From assembly GCA_934097105.1 (NCBI GenBank), contig CAKONI010000004.1:1-53157 (forward strand): DNA of 53,157 nt, written 5' to 3'. Source of the DNA: an uncultured Bacilli bacterium. Its GTDB lineage: Bacteria > Bacillota_I > Bacilli_A > RF39 > UBA660. Position 1 is the stretch's first letter; each line of letters starts with the position of its first letter. The notes under the pieces are model-generated. The model saw only the letters and a program-made list of their open reading frames with translations, made no database searches and was not told the DNA's origin. Shown piece by piece: positions 25,432 through 33,133 of this stretch. The position numbers and the translations under genes were made by a program.

Positions 25432-27444
25432 TTAGAAAACACTTATATCTACATTGGTTTCTATTCCTTGTATTTTGCCTTTTGAGGTATATTGCCAGCC
25501 GATGTATTTTTGATCATAGTCGCATTTGTCTGACCACTGGGCTACCCATATGTTATATTTTTTTATTTTGTCACTGTTTAAATAAGAATTTGTTAAGGCG
25601 TTTAGATTACCATATACTCCGACTTTGTAGCCTGCTTTTGTGATTTTGCTTGCGAATGTTGTTATTGCTACTTCCCATTTTTCTTTTTTTATGCTTGCTT
25701 CTTCAGCATCGTAAAATACTGGATATGCTAATTTTGCTTTATATTTTTTTAGGGTGTTTATTACAAAATTTGCTTCTTTATTGGCGATTGTTTTTGTTTT
25801 TCCATAGCCATAGTAATATATACCAAAGGGAATATTTAATTCTTTTAGTGCTTTTATATTTTTTTCAAACTTAGCGTCTTCGATTTGTTTTAATGAGGAT
25901 GTTCCAGTGAAACCTATACGGAGTATTACTCCATCAACGTCTTTTTTATTTTTTATGACGCTCCAATCTATATCTTTTTGAAATTCTGAAACATCTATTA
26001 TTTTTTTGGCGTTTCTTTTTATTAATTGGCCTTTGGTATTGAAGAAGTATTTTTCGTCTTTTATAAATGCCCATCCTGTTACTTTTTTATTTTGTCCGTC
26101 GTAATAATATATATCATTATTTATGGTTTTAAAGCCGTTTATTAATTTTCCATCTTTGGTAAAGAAGTAGGATAATTTTTTTATTGTTATGGTGCCTTTG
26201 GCCATGACTCCTTTGTTATTGAAGTAGTAGGTTTCTCCATCAATTGTTTGCCATCCTGTTTTCATTCTTGCATATTTATCGAAGTAATAGGTATTTTTTT
26301 TGCTTTGGGCGAAGCCTTTGTATGCCTTGCCATCTTTTTTGAAGTAATAAGTGTTTTTTCCTATTTTTTTCCATTTATTTTTTAGGAGTGTATATTTATT
26401 AAGGTAATAATATTCTCCGTTGTATTTTATAAATTTTGTTTTTCGTATTCCCTTTTCATCAAAGTAATATGTTCTGTTTTTTATGTTTATGAAGCCTTTG
26501 CGCATTTTACCGTTTTTTCCGAAGTAATAGGTTTTTTTATTTATTGTTTGGAAGTATTGTGACATTTTTCCTTTACTATTAAAGTAATAGGTTTCTCCAT
26601 TTATTTTTTTAAATCCATATACTTTGCGGGCGTTATTGTCAAAATAGTAAATGCCGCTTTTTGTGTGTAAAAATCCTTTGTGGGCTTTGCCATTTTTTCT
26701 AAAGTAATAGGTATATTTTCCTATTTTTTTTGTTTTATTTTTTAAAAGTTTGTAATTTTCTAAATAGTAATAATTGTTGTTATATTTGATGAATCCTGTT
26801 TTTCGCACTCCATTTTCGTTAAAGTAATAAATCTTTTTGTTTATGGTTACGAAGCCTTTGCGCATTTTACCGTTTTTTCCGAAGTAGTAGGTTTTTTTAT
26901 TTATTGTTTGGAAGTATTGTGACATTACGCCTTTACTGTTAAAGTGATAGGTTTCTCCATTTATTTTTTTGAATCCATATACTTTGTGGTAATTATTGTC
27001 GAAATAATAAGTGCCGTTTTTTGTATTTGCAAATCCTTTGTGAGCCTTGCCATCTTTTTCAAAGTAGTATGTGTACTTTCCTATTTTTGTTATTCTATTT
27101 TTTAGGAGCGTGTAACTGTCTAAATAGTAATAATTGCCGTTATAGTTTATGAAACCTGTTTTGCTTATTCCGTTTTCATCAAAATAATAAGTTTTTTTAC
27201 CTACTGATACAAAACCTGTTTTTAATTTGTTATCATTATCAAAGTAATAGGTTTCGTTTTCTATTTTTTGAATACCTTTTAAATTTAAATCTGTTTCATA
27301 GTAGAGAGCGTTTTCTTCTTTGTAAATTTTCACGTAACCGTTATCTAAGTTGTATGTTTTTATTAATTTTTGTTCTGCGAATACATTTGGAATTATTGTT
27401 AGTGATATTATCGTAAGTAGTATACTTATTACTATCTTTTTCAT
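25432..27444 (-). CDS. Secreted autolysin: cell-wall-binding (CW_binding_1-type) repeats plus a C-terminal GH25 muramidase
   Basis: Signal peptide, about 20 G(F/W)xxxxxxTYYFxxxGxxxxG repeats, and a GH25-like C-terminus (IIDVSEFQKDIDWSVIKNKKDVDGVILRIG...PFGIYYYGY...WVAQW). Confidence 0.8.
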   Translation of the reverse strand: MKKIVISILLTIISLTIIPNVFAEQKLIKTYNLDNGYVKIYKEENALYYETDLNLKGIQKIENETYYFDNDNKLKTGFVSVGKKTYYFDENGISKTGFINYNGNYYYLDSYTLLKNRITKIGKYTYYFEKDGKAHKGFANTKNGTYYFDNNYHKVYGFKKINGETYHFNSKGVMSQYFQTINKKTYYFGKNGKMRKGFVTINKKIYYFNENGVRKTGFIKYNNNYYYLENYKLLKNKTKKIGKYTYYFRKNGKAHKGFLHTKSGIYYFDNNARKVYGFKKINGETYYFNSKGKMSQYFQTINKKTYYFGKNGKMRKGFINIKNRTYYFDEKGIRKTKFIKYNGEYYYLNKYTLLKNKWKKIGKNTYYFKKDGKAYKGFAQSKKNTYYFDKYARMKTGWQTIDGETYYFNNKGVMAKGTITIKKLSYFFTKDGKLINGFKTINNDIYYYDGQNKKVTGWAFIKDEKYFFNTKGQLIKRNAKKIIDVSEFQKDIDWSVIKNKKDVDGVILRIGFTGTSSLKQIEDAKFEKNIKALKELNIPFGIYYYGYGKTKTIANKEANFVINTLKKYKAKLAYPVFYDAEEASIKKEKWEVAITTFASKITKAGYKVGVYGNLNALTNSYLNSDKIKKYNIWVAQWSDKCDYDQKYIGWQYTSKGKIQGIETNVDISVF
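26082..27282 (-). repeat. Coding repeats for the cell-wall-binding modules, including a 360-bp super-repeat
   Basis: 26491-26570 and 26851-26930 are nearly identical at exactly 360 bp offset (gaagcctttgcgcattttaccgttttttccgaagta.taggtttttttatttattgtttggaagtattgtgacatt). Confidence 0.85.
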
Positions 27445-27540
27445 ATTTTCTCCTTATTATAAGTATATATTAGGTTAAGTAAACATTGTCAATGTTTTTT
27501 ATCTTGTTTTATGTATTAACAATGGACTTTCTTTATATAT

Positions 27541-27570
27541 AAAAAACTCTTATAAAAGAGTATATTTTTT
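27541..27570 (-). terminator. Hairpin terminator downstream of tRNA-Arg (bidirectional in appearance)
   Basis: Stem actctt (27546-27551) / aagagt (27556-27561), flanked by an A-run and a T-run, so it reads as stem plus U-tract on both strands. Confidence 0.5.
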
Positions 27571-27575
27571 AAATA

Positions 27576-27652
27576 TGGCGCGCCCAGAAGGATTTGAACC
27601 CTCAACCTCTTGGTCCGTAGCCAAACGCTCTATCCAATTGAGCTATGGGCGC
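27576..27652 (-). tRNA. tRNA-Arg (anticodon ACG)
   Basis: The reverse complement folds as a cloverleaf: GCGCCCA TA GCTC AATTGGATA GAGC G TTTGG CTACGGA CCAAG AGGTT GAGGG TTCAAAT CCTTC TGGGCGC G CCA. The anticodon loop is CT-ACG-GA. Confidence 0.9.
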
Positions 27653-27715
27653 TTAATGAGTTACAAATAAATTATACTACATAATTGATATAAATTCAAG
27701 TGGTGTTTTGTGTTT

Positions 27716-27746
27716 TTTTAAAGAAAAAAGAAGCGCTTTGCTTCTT
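27716..27746 (-). terminator. Rho-independent terminator of the prepilin-type gene
   Basis: Stem aagaagc (27728-27734) / gcttctt (27740-27746) overlaps the stop codon. TTTTTTCTTT follows on the minus strand. Confidence 0.6.
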
Positions 27747-29853
27747 AATAATGGTAACATGTTTTGTATGAGGTGCAACTATTATAGGTTTTACAACCAC
27801 ATACTTTTGATTTGCAACTTTTATATTCACTGCAACCACAAGATTTACATCTTTTGTAGGTATTACATGTACGTGTATATATGTTTTCTGTTTCGCAGTA
27901 TTTATATGTATACTGGCCTCCGACGACTCCTGTGGTACATTTTTTATATGCTCCGCCTGTACAGGTTGTTTTGGAATATGTTTTTGTAGTTGTATAACAA
28001 CCTGATGCTGGTTTGGTTCCTACTCCTGAACCTACGCATTTAGAGCATCTTGGTGATGTTCCTGCTTTTGACCACTTTGAGTATGTATCACAGCCACAAG
28101 ATTTACATCTTTTGTAGGTGTCGCAACTGCAGTTTGAGTTTTTACATGAATTATATTCTTTGCATGTAACATTTTGAGCACAACCGCAGTCTTTGTCTTT
28201 TGACCATTCTTTTACATTGATTGTTTTTGTTACGGAATTACTATTTCCTGCTTTATCATAGCATACTCCAGTATAACTTATTTCCTTTCCCACTTTTGTA
28301 TTTGTTACTTGCAAAGTGCTTGAGTTTGAGGTTTTTGAATTTAATTTTACTGATTTTACTCCGCTTCCTTTATCTGTGCATTTTAAAGTTACTTCAACAC
28401 CTTTTGCGTAAAAACCATCTTTTTTCTTTGAGGAATTAAATGTTATGGTTACTACTGGTTTGATAGTATCTATTTTTAAATCTTTTGACCATACTACTTT
28501 ATTGGAGCCATTGGAATCTTTGATAAAACTTTCGCCTACTTTTACATTATCTGTTCCAGTTTTATTGGTTTTTGGTGTATATGTTGTGGTGTAAACATAA
28601 TTTGATTTTTTATTGGCGCTTGTTAGGGTTCCTAAACTGTTTTTTGTTGATATTTTTTTAGTGGATTCTACTACATCTTTTCCTTTGCTTTTACATGTTA
28701 TTTCTAATTTAGCACTACTGCCTATTTTTAGCCAACCGCTAGGACTGTCTTTTGAAAACCAACAGTATGGAGGTGTATCGTCGGTGCTTGAGGGGTTGGG
28801 ATCTGGGTTGGTTGTTGGTTCTTGTGGAGGCGTGGGATCTGGATCCTCTTTTGTATTTTGTGTTATATTTTTTTCGCATATTCCAATATTTCCGGCTTCA
28901 TCCATTACGTGACCATAGTATTTACCATAACTTACGCTTATGGGATCTGCTTTTTTGTTTTTTAATTCTTCACTACTTGAAACATTTTTTTTATTTATTA
29001 AAGTGTTTAAGTTTTCTTCTTTACTATAGTTGTCTTTGGCTTCAATGCCAAGTTTTCCATTGTTGTAATATAATTCACAGGTGGGATTTTCGTTATCAAA
29101 GACGATGTTATCTATGCATTTGGTTTCTAATGCACCATTATTAAATATTGTTATGTTATATTTTCCGTTTTCTGTCTTTCCGCCTGATTTGGGAAAGTAA
29201 TTTACTAAGTTTGTACTGGAGATGTCTATTTTTTTATTTTGTAAATCAATTATTTTTTCACTGCCGGTTGTTTCATTTTTTATTTTTATTGAGGAAAGTT
29301 CCTCAGTTTTTATTTTTTCCATTCTTATATCTTCTGGATTGTAATAGATGCCATTATTTTTTCTTTGGTAATTACTTATATTTATTTCTTTACATGTTGG
29401 TTGTTCGGTGGCTTCGAAGTCTGTTATTTTACAGTATTCGTCGTTTTCTGAATAATTTTTGTCTTCACATATTAGGCATGCGTGATATTTATTTTTTGTT
29501 GTGTTTTCATCTTGCCTTACGAATACATAACTTTTTTGACAATTTCTACCATCTGAGTCCACTAATTCTTTGGTTAGATAGTTGGTGGTTCGTAAGGTTG
29601 GTTCTAGGACGTAACTTGTTGCTACTTTATCTATATAATTTGATTTTTTTACTGGAAGTAGTATTTTATTATGAGAAAAATATGATTTTCCCGCTAATTC
29701 AAGTTGTTCTTTTAGGCTTACGTTGTATGTGTCTTTTCCTTTTCCTACATATTTTGATACTACTGGAATTGCTATGGCCACTAGTATGGATATTAAGACT
29801 ACAACTGCCAAAATTTCTACGAAAGTAAATCCTTTTTGAGTTTGTTTTATCAT
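27745..29853 (-). CDS. Prepilin-type N-terminal (GFxxxE) protein, 702 aa: Ig-like modules, Pro/Thr linker and a 24-cysteine C-terminal tail
   Basis: N-terminus MIKQTQKG|FTFVEILAVVVLISILVAIAIPV is a class III signal/methylation motif. Linker DPDPTPPQEPTTNPDPNPSS. Ig-like motifs DTIKPVVTI...CTDKGSGVKSV...CYDKAGNSNSV. The last ~148 aa hold 24 Cys, with CxTYKRCKSCGC occurring twice. Confidence 0.75.
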   Translation of the reverse strand: MIKQTQKGFTFVEILAVVVLISILVAIAIPVVSKYVGKGKDTYNVSLKEQLELAGKSYFSHNKILLPVKKSNYIDKVATSYVLEPTLRTTNYLTKELVDSDGRNCQKSYVFVRQDENTTKNKYHACLICEDKNYSENDEYCKITDFEATEQPTCKEINISNYQRKNNGIYYNPEDIRMEKIKTEELSSIKIKNETTGSEKIIDLQNKKIDISSTNLVNYFPKSGGKTENGKYNITIFNNGALETKCIDNIVFDNENPTCELYYNNGKLGIEAKDNYSKEENLNTLINKKNVSSSEELKNKKADPISVSYGKYYGHVMDEAGNIGICEKNITQNTKEDPDPTPPQEPTTNPDPNPSSTDDTPPYCWFSKDSPSGWLKIGSSAKLEITCKSKGKDVVESTKKISTKNSLGTLTSANKKSNYVYTTTYTPKTNKTGTDNVKVGESFIKDSNGSNKVVWSKDLKIDTIKPVVTITFNSSKKKDGFYAKGVEVTLKCTDKGSGVKSVKLNSKTSNSSTLQVTNTKVGKEISYTGVCYDKAGNSNSVTKTINVKEWSKDKDCGCAQNVTCKEYNSCKNSNCSCDTYKRCKSCGCDTYSKWSKAGTSPRCSKCVGSGVGTKPASGCYTTTKTYSKTTCTGGAYKKCTTGVVGGQYTYKYCETENIYTRTCNTYKRCKSCGCSEYKSCKSKVCGCKTYNSCTSYKTCYHY

Positions 29854-29959
29854 TTTTATCCTCCTTATTTTATAGTATGAATATATTTTTTTTATTTATG
29901 TTATTTTTAATTTTGTTTTTTAATATAATTTCAATTTTTTACATTATTTTTTATTTTTC

Positions 29960-29988
29960 TTGTTCTTTACTTACTTTAGGCGTATAAT
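29960..29988 (+). promoter_or_regulatory. Putative sigma-A promoter for the 30108 gene
   Basis: TTGTTC (29960-29965), a 17-bp spacer, then a perfect TATAAT (29983-29988), about 120 nt upstream of the ATG. Confidence 0.4.
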
Positions 29989-30107
29989 AAGGACAAAGGA
30001 AAAACTGTATTAATTTTTGCAGTAAAAAATGTCCGATAATTAATAATTTTGGAGTTAATTTAACAGAAAAATAAGTTTAATTACTATAAAAATATGGAGG
30101 AGGATAT

Positions 30108-30707
30108 ATGAAAAAAATAATTACTAATAATTTCTTTTTATTATTTGTAATGGTTATGATGGTTATAACGACTCAAACTGCGTATGCCAACATAATGTGT
30201 AACGATGGTACAGAAAGTCCAACTTGTACTGATTGCCACAGAGGTTGTTGTTCCCATCATGGAGGCTGTGCTTCTTCTTACAGTTCTTCTAGCAGTGACG
30301 ATAGTTATAGTGAACCTAAAACTGCAACATCATCTTGCGATTGTTCTTCGCTAAAAAGTAGAATAGAAGATTTAAAAGATGAGATAGAAGGTTTGAATGA
30401 TGATATAAGAGATTTGGAATATGATAACAAATATTTAGAAAGTCAAAATGAAAAGTTGGATTCTAAATATGATGAATTACTAGATGAAAATTCTGCACTT
30501 CAAGAAGTAACCAGTTCTAAAAATGAAAGCAGTAGTGAAGATAATAACTTAATTTTAAAAATTTTGTTTTGTCTAGCGTTTATAGTGGCCATTGTTTATA
30601 TGGTAAAGTATTATCTTATAAAAACTGGTAGTGAATTAGAATCAATTGTTCCAATAACTGATGAGGATATTGATATAGATGATGAGAATAGTTTTATGTG
30701 GGAGTAA
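30108..30707 (+). CDS. Secreted/anchored protein: signal peptide, Cys-rich DUF3761-like module, Ser-rich linker, coiled coil, C-terminal TM helix
   Basis: After the signal cleavage-like AYA: NIMCNDGTESPTCTDCHRGCCSHHGGC, which resembles the C.DGT.S....G.CS.HGG pattern I recall for DUF3761. Heptad-like LKSRIEDLKDEIEGLNDDIRDLEYDNKYLESQNEKLDSKYDELLDEN, then the TM helix ILFCLAFIVAIVYMV. GGAGGAGG RBS. Confidence 0.6.
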   Translation: MKKIITNNFFLLFVMVMMVITTQTAYANIMCNDGTESPTCTDCHRGCCSHHGGCASSYSSSSSDDSYSEPKTATSSCDCSSLKSRIEDLKDEIEGLNDDIRDLEYDNKYLESQNEKLDSKYDELLDENSALQEVTSSKNESSSEDNNLILKILFCLAFIVAIVYMVKYYLIKTGSELESIVPITDEDIDIDDENSFMWE

Positions 30708-30880
30708 ATTTTAAAAATTCTATTATTGTTAATATTACTTGCATTTTTAACTATTTTTGTTATTTATAGTAAATTTACTTTTTAATAAAAAAAAATTCAC
30801 GCCAGAGCATGAATTGATATTTAAAAAAATTTTGATATAACAAAAGTGTGTTTAATAGTGTGTTTCAAAATATTAAAGCA

Positions 30881-30905
30881 TAATAAAACCCTTGATATAC
30901 AAGGG
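30881..30905 (-). terminator. Terminator downstream of tRNA-Lys
   Basis: Stem cccttg (30889-30894) / caaggg (30900-30905). TTTTATTA follows on the minus strand. Confidence 0.5.
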
Positions 30906-30918
30906 TAATAATCAATAT

Positions 30919-30994
30919 TGGTGATCCCTCAGGGGCTCGAACCCTGGACCCACAGATTAAGAGTCTGTTGCTCTACCAACTGAGCTAAGGAACC
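30919..30994 (-). tRNA. tRNA-Lys (anticodon CTT)
   Basis: Reverse complement: GGTTCCT TA GCTC AGTTGGTA GAGC A ACAGA CTCTTAA TCTGT GGGTC CAGGG TTCGAGC CCCTG AGGGATC A CCA. The anticodon loop is CT-CTT-AA. Confidence 0.9.
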
Positions 30995-30997
30995 AGT

Positions 30998-31026
30998 AAC
31001 ATGATATAATCATATCATGTTTTTTT
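30998..31026 (+). terminator. Strong hairpin plus T-run reading on the plus strand, between tRNA-Lys and aspS
   Basis: 10-bp stem aacatgatat (30998-31007) / atatcatgtt (31012-31021), followed by TTTTT. On the minus strand no U-tract follows it. It could block antisense read-in or act as a processing site. Confidence 0.4.
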
Positions 31027-31063
31027 GAAATTGAAAATACTTTTTTTGAATTTCTTTTATATT

Positions 31064-32812
31064 TTACATATTTTTATTAGCAATTTCAATTCCTAATTCT
31101 TTTAATTGTTTGTTATCTACTATATTTGGAGCATCACTCATAAGGCAAGTAGCGTTTGCAGTTTTAGGGAAAGCCACTACATCGCGGATATTTTCAGTAC
31201 CTGCTAAAACCATAATTAATCTTTCAAGTCCTATTCCTACTCCACAATGAGGTGGTGCACCATATTTGAATGCATCTAGGAAGAATCCAAATTTTCGTTT
31301 TGCTTCTTCTTCGGTTAGACCTATTGCTTCGAATACTTTTCTTTGGACTTCTCCGTCGTGAATTCTAATTGAGCCACTTAATAGTTCATAACCATTAAGT
31401 ACTAAATCGTATGCTCTAGAATAGCAATGTTCTTTGTCTGTTAAAAGTTTGTCTAAGTCTTCTTCTCTTGGTGATGTGAAAGGATGATGTGCTGCGACGA
31501 ATCTGTTTTCTTCTTCTGAAAATTCATACATAGGAAATTCGGTAACCCATAGAAAATTGAACTTATTTTCATCAATTAGTCCTAGATCATTACCTAATTT
31601 TACACGTAAGGCTCCTAGTGATGTTTTTACTATTTTGTAATTTCCAGATACTAATAGTACTAGATCGTTTTCTTTTAGATTTAATTTTTTTATTAGATTA
31701 TCTTTTTCTTCTTTACTGATTACCTTTGCAATTGAACCTGTTAGTTCTTCATTATATTTTAAGTAAGCAAGGGCTCCTGCTTTATAGACTTTGACGAAGT
31801 CATTTAATTTGTCTAAATCTTTTCTTGAGAATTTATCGCTAGCATTTTTTACTACTAAGCAATTTATAATTCCTTTGTTAGAAAGTGCATCTTTATACAT
31901 GCCAAATTCAGTATTTTTGAAAATGTCTGTTATATCAGTAATTTCCATGTCAAATCTAGTATCTGGTTTGTCACTACCGAATCTTCTTATACATTCATCA
32001 TATGTAAGTCTGATGAAATTATCTAGTTTTATTCCTTTTATTTCTAGGAATATTTCTTTCATAAGGTTTTCTACGACATTCCATATGTCTTCTTCTTCGG
32101 CGAAACTCATTTCAATATCAATTTGTGTAAATTCTGGTTGACGGTCAGCACGAAGATCTTCATCTCTGAAGCATCTTGCAACTTGAAAATATCTTTCTAT
32201 TCCTCCGACCATTAGAAGTTGTTTGTAAAGTTGTGGTGACTGAGGTAATGCATAGAATTTTCCATTGAAAATACGAGATGGTACTAGATAGTCTCTTGCT
32301 CCTTCTGGAGTTGATTTGCAAAGAATTGGTGTTTCTACTTCGATAAATCCATGTTTTGATAAGAAATTTCTAGCGAGCATAGTAACTTTGTGACGTAAAA
32401 TTAAATTGTCTTTAATATTTTCTCTTCTTAAATCTAAATAACGATATTTAAGTCTTGTGTCTTCAAGAGCGGTAGTATCTTTTGATATTTCAAATGGAAT
32501 ATCTAGGCTTTCATTTATTAGTTTAAGGTTTTCTACTAGTACTTCTATTTCTCCAGTTGCAATATTTTTGTTTTTGTTTTCTCTTTCGATAACTTTTCCT
32601 GTTGCTTCAATTACGTATTCACTTTTTAGGGATTCTGCTAAAGAATAGAATGATGATTCTGGCTTTATAACAAGTTGAATTATACCACTTCTATCTCTTA
32701 AGTCGATAAAGATTAGGCCTCCTAGGTTTCTTTTCTTTTGAACCCAACCGTATAGTGTAATGGTTTCACCAATATTATTAATACTTATTTCACTGTTAAA
32801 TATTTTTTTCAT
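31064..32812 (-). CDS. aspS: Aspartate--tRNA ligase
   Basis: 582 aa with a bacterial AspRS layout: OB-fold N-terminus, class II motifs FRDEDLRADRQPEFTQID and GLERL, and a GAD insertion domain. Confidence 0.95.
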   Translation of the reverse strand: MKKIFNSEISINNIGETITLYGWVQKKRNLGGLIFIDLRDRSGIIQLVIKPESSFYSLAESLKSEYVIEATGKVIERENKNKNIATGEIEVLVENLKLINESLDIPFEISKDTTALEDTRLKYRYLDLRRENIKDNLILRHKVTMLARNFLSKHGFIEVETPILCKSTPEGARDYLVPSRIFNGKFYALPQSPQLYKQLLMVGGIERYFQVARCFRDEDLRADRQPEFTQIDIEMSFAEEEDIWNVVENLMKEIFLEIKGIKLDNFIRLTYDECIRRFGSDKPDTRFDMEITDITDIFKNTEFGMYKDALSNKGIINCLVVKNASDKFSRKDLDKLNDFVKVYKAGALAYLKYNEELTGSIAKVISKEEKDNLIKKLNLKENDLVLLVSGNYKIVKTSLGALRVKLGNDLGLIDENKFNFLWVTEFPMYEFSEEENRFVAAHHPFTSPREEDLDKLLTDKEHCYSRAYDLVLNGYELLSGSIRIHDGEVQRKVFEAIGLTEEEAKRKFGFFLDAFKYGAPPHCGVGIGLERLIMVLAGTENIRDVVAFPKTANATCLMSDAPNIVDNKQLKELGIEIANKNM

Positions 32813-32828
32813 TTAAATTCTCCTTCCA

Positions 32829-33053
32829 TTAAAAAAACAGTTATCCAAAAGGGACGAATAACTGTTAAATCCGCGGTACCACCCTAATTATTATTAAATA
32901 ATCACTCTTTTATTATAACGGTTTAAAACCGGCTTATTCTACTAATTTCAAATAAAGCACTCATGGTGTCTTTCGTATTAAATATCTTGTTAGTTTGCAC
33001 CTTACACTAACTCTCTGTAAAGTATTTAATATTACTCTTCCAATCAACGTTTA
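32829..33053 (-). promoter_or_regulatory. T-box riboswitch leader of aspS (Asp specifier GAC)
   Basis: On the minus strand: Stem I elements GGAAGAGTA and CAGAGAG...GGTGCAA; specifier loop CGAAA-GAC-A; the conserved T-box AGGGTGGTACCGCGG (plus strand 32871-32885); terminator aacagttat...ataactgtt followed by TTTTTTT, just before the RBS GGAAGGAG. Confidence 0.85.
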
Positions 33054-33060
33054 TATCTAT

Positions 33061-33089
33061 ATTATAATAAGTTAAAATACAAAAGTCAA
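33061..33089 (-). promoter_or_regulatory. Sigma-A promoter of the aspS T-box leader
   Basis: On the minus strand: TTGACT (33089-33084), a 17-bp spacer, then TATAAT (33066-33061). Confidence 0.65.
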
Positions 33090-33133
33090 GATTCTTTACT
33101 TTTTTCTTTTTTTAGAAATTTATAATTATTAGT

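Noticed and set aside
27576-30994. The tRNA-Arg to tRNA-Lys interval as a tRNA-targeted genomic island
   Set aside because: No integrase is present, and I could find no partial tRNA 3'-end direct repeat. It is kept only as context for the two Cys-rich proteins.
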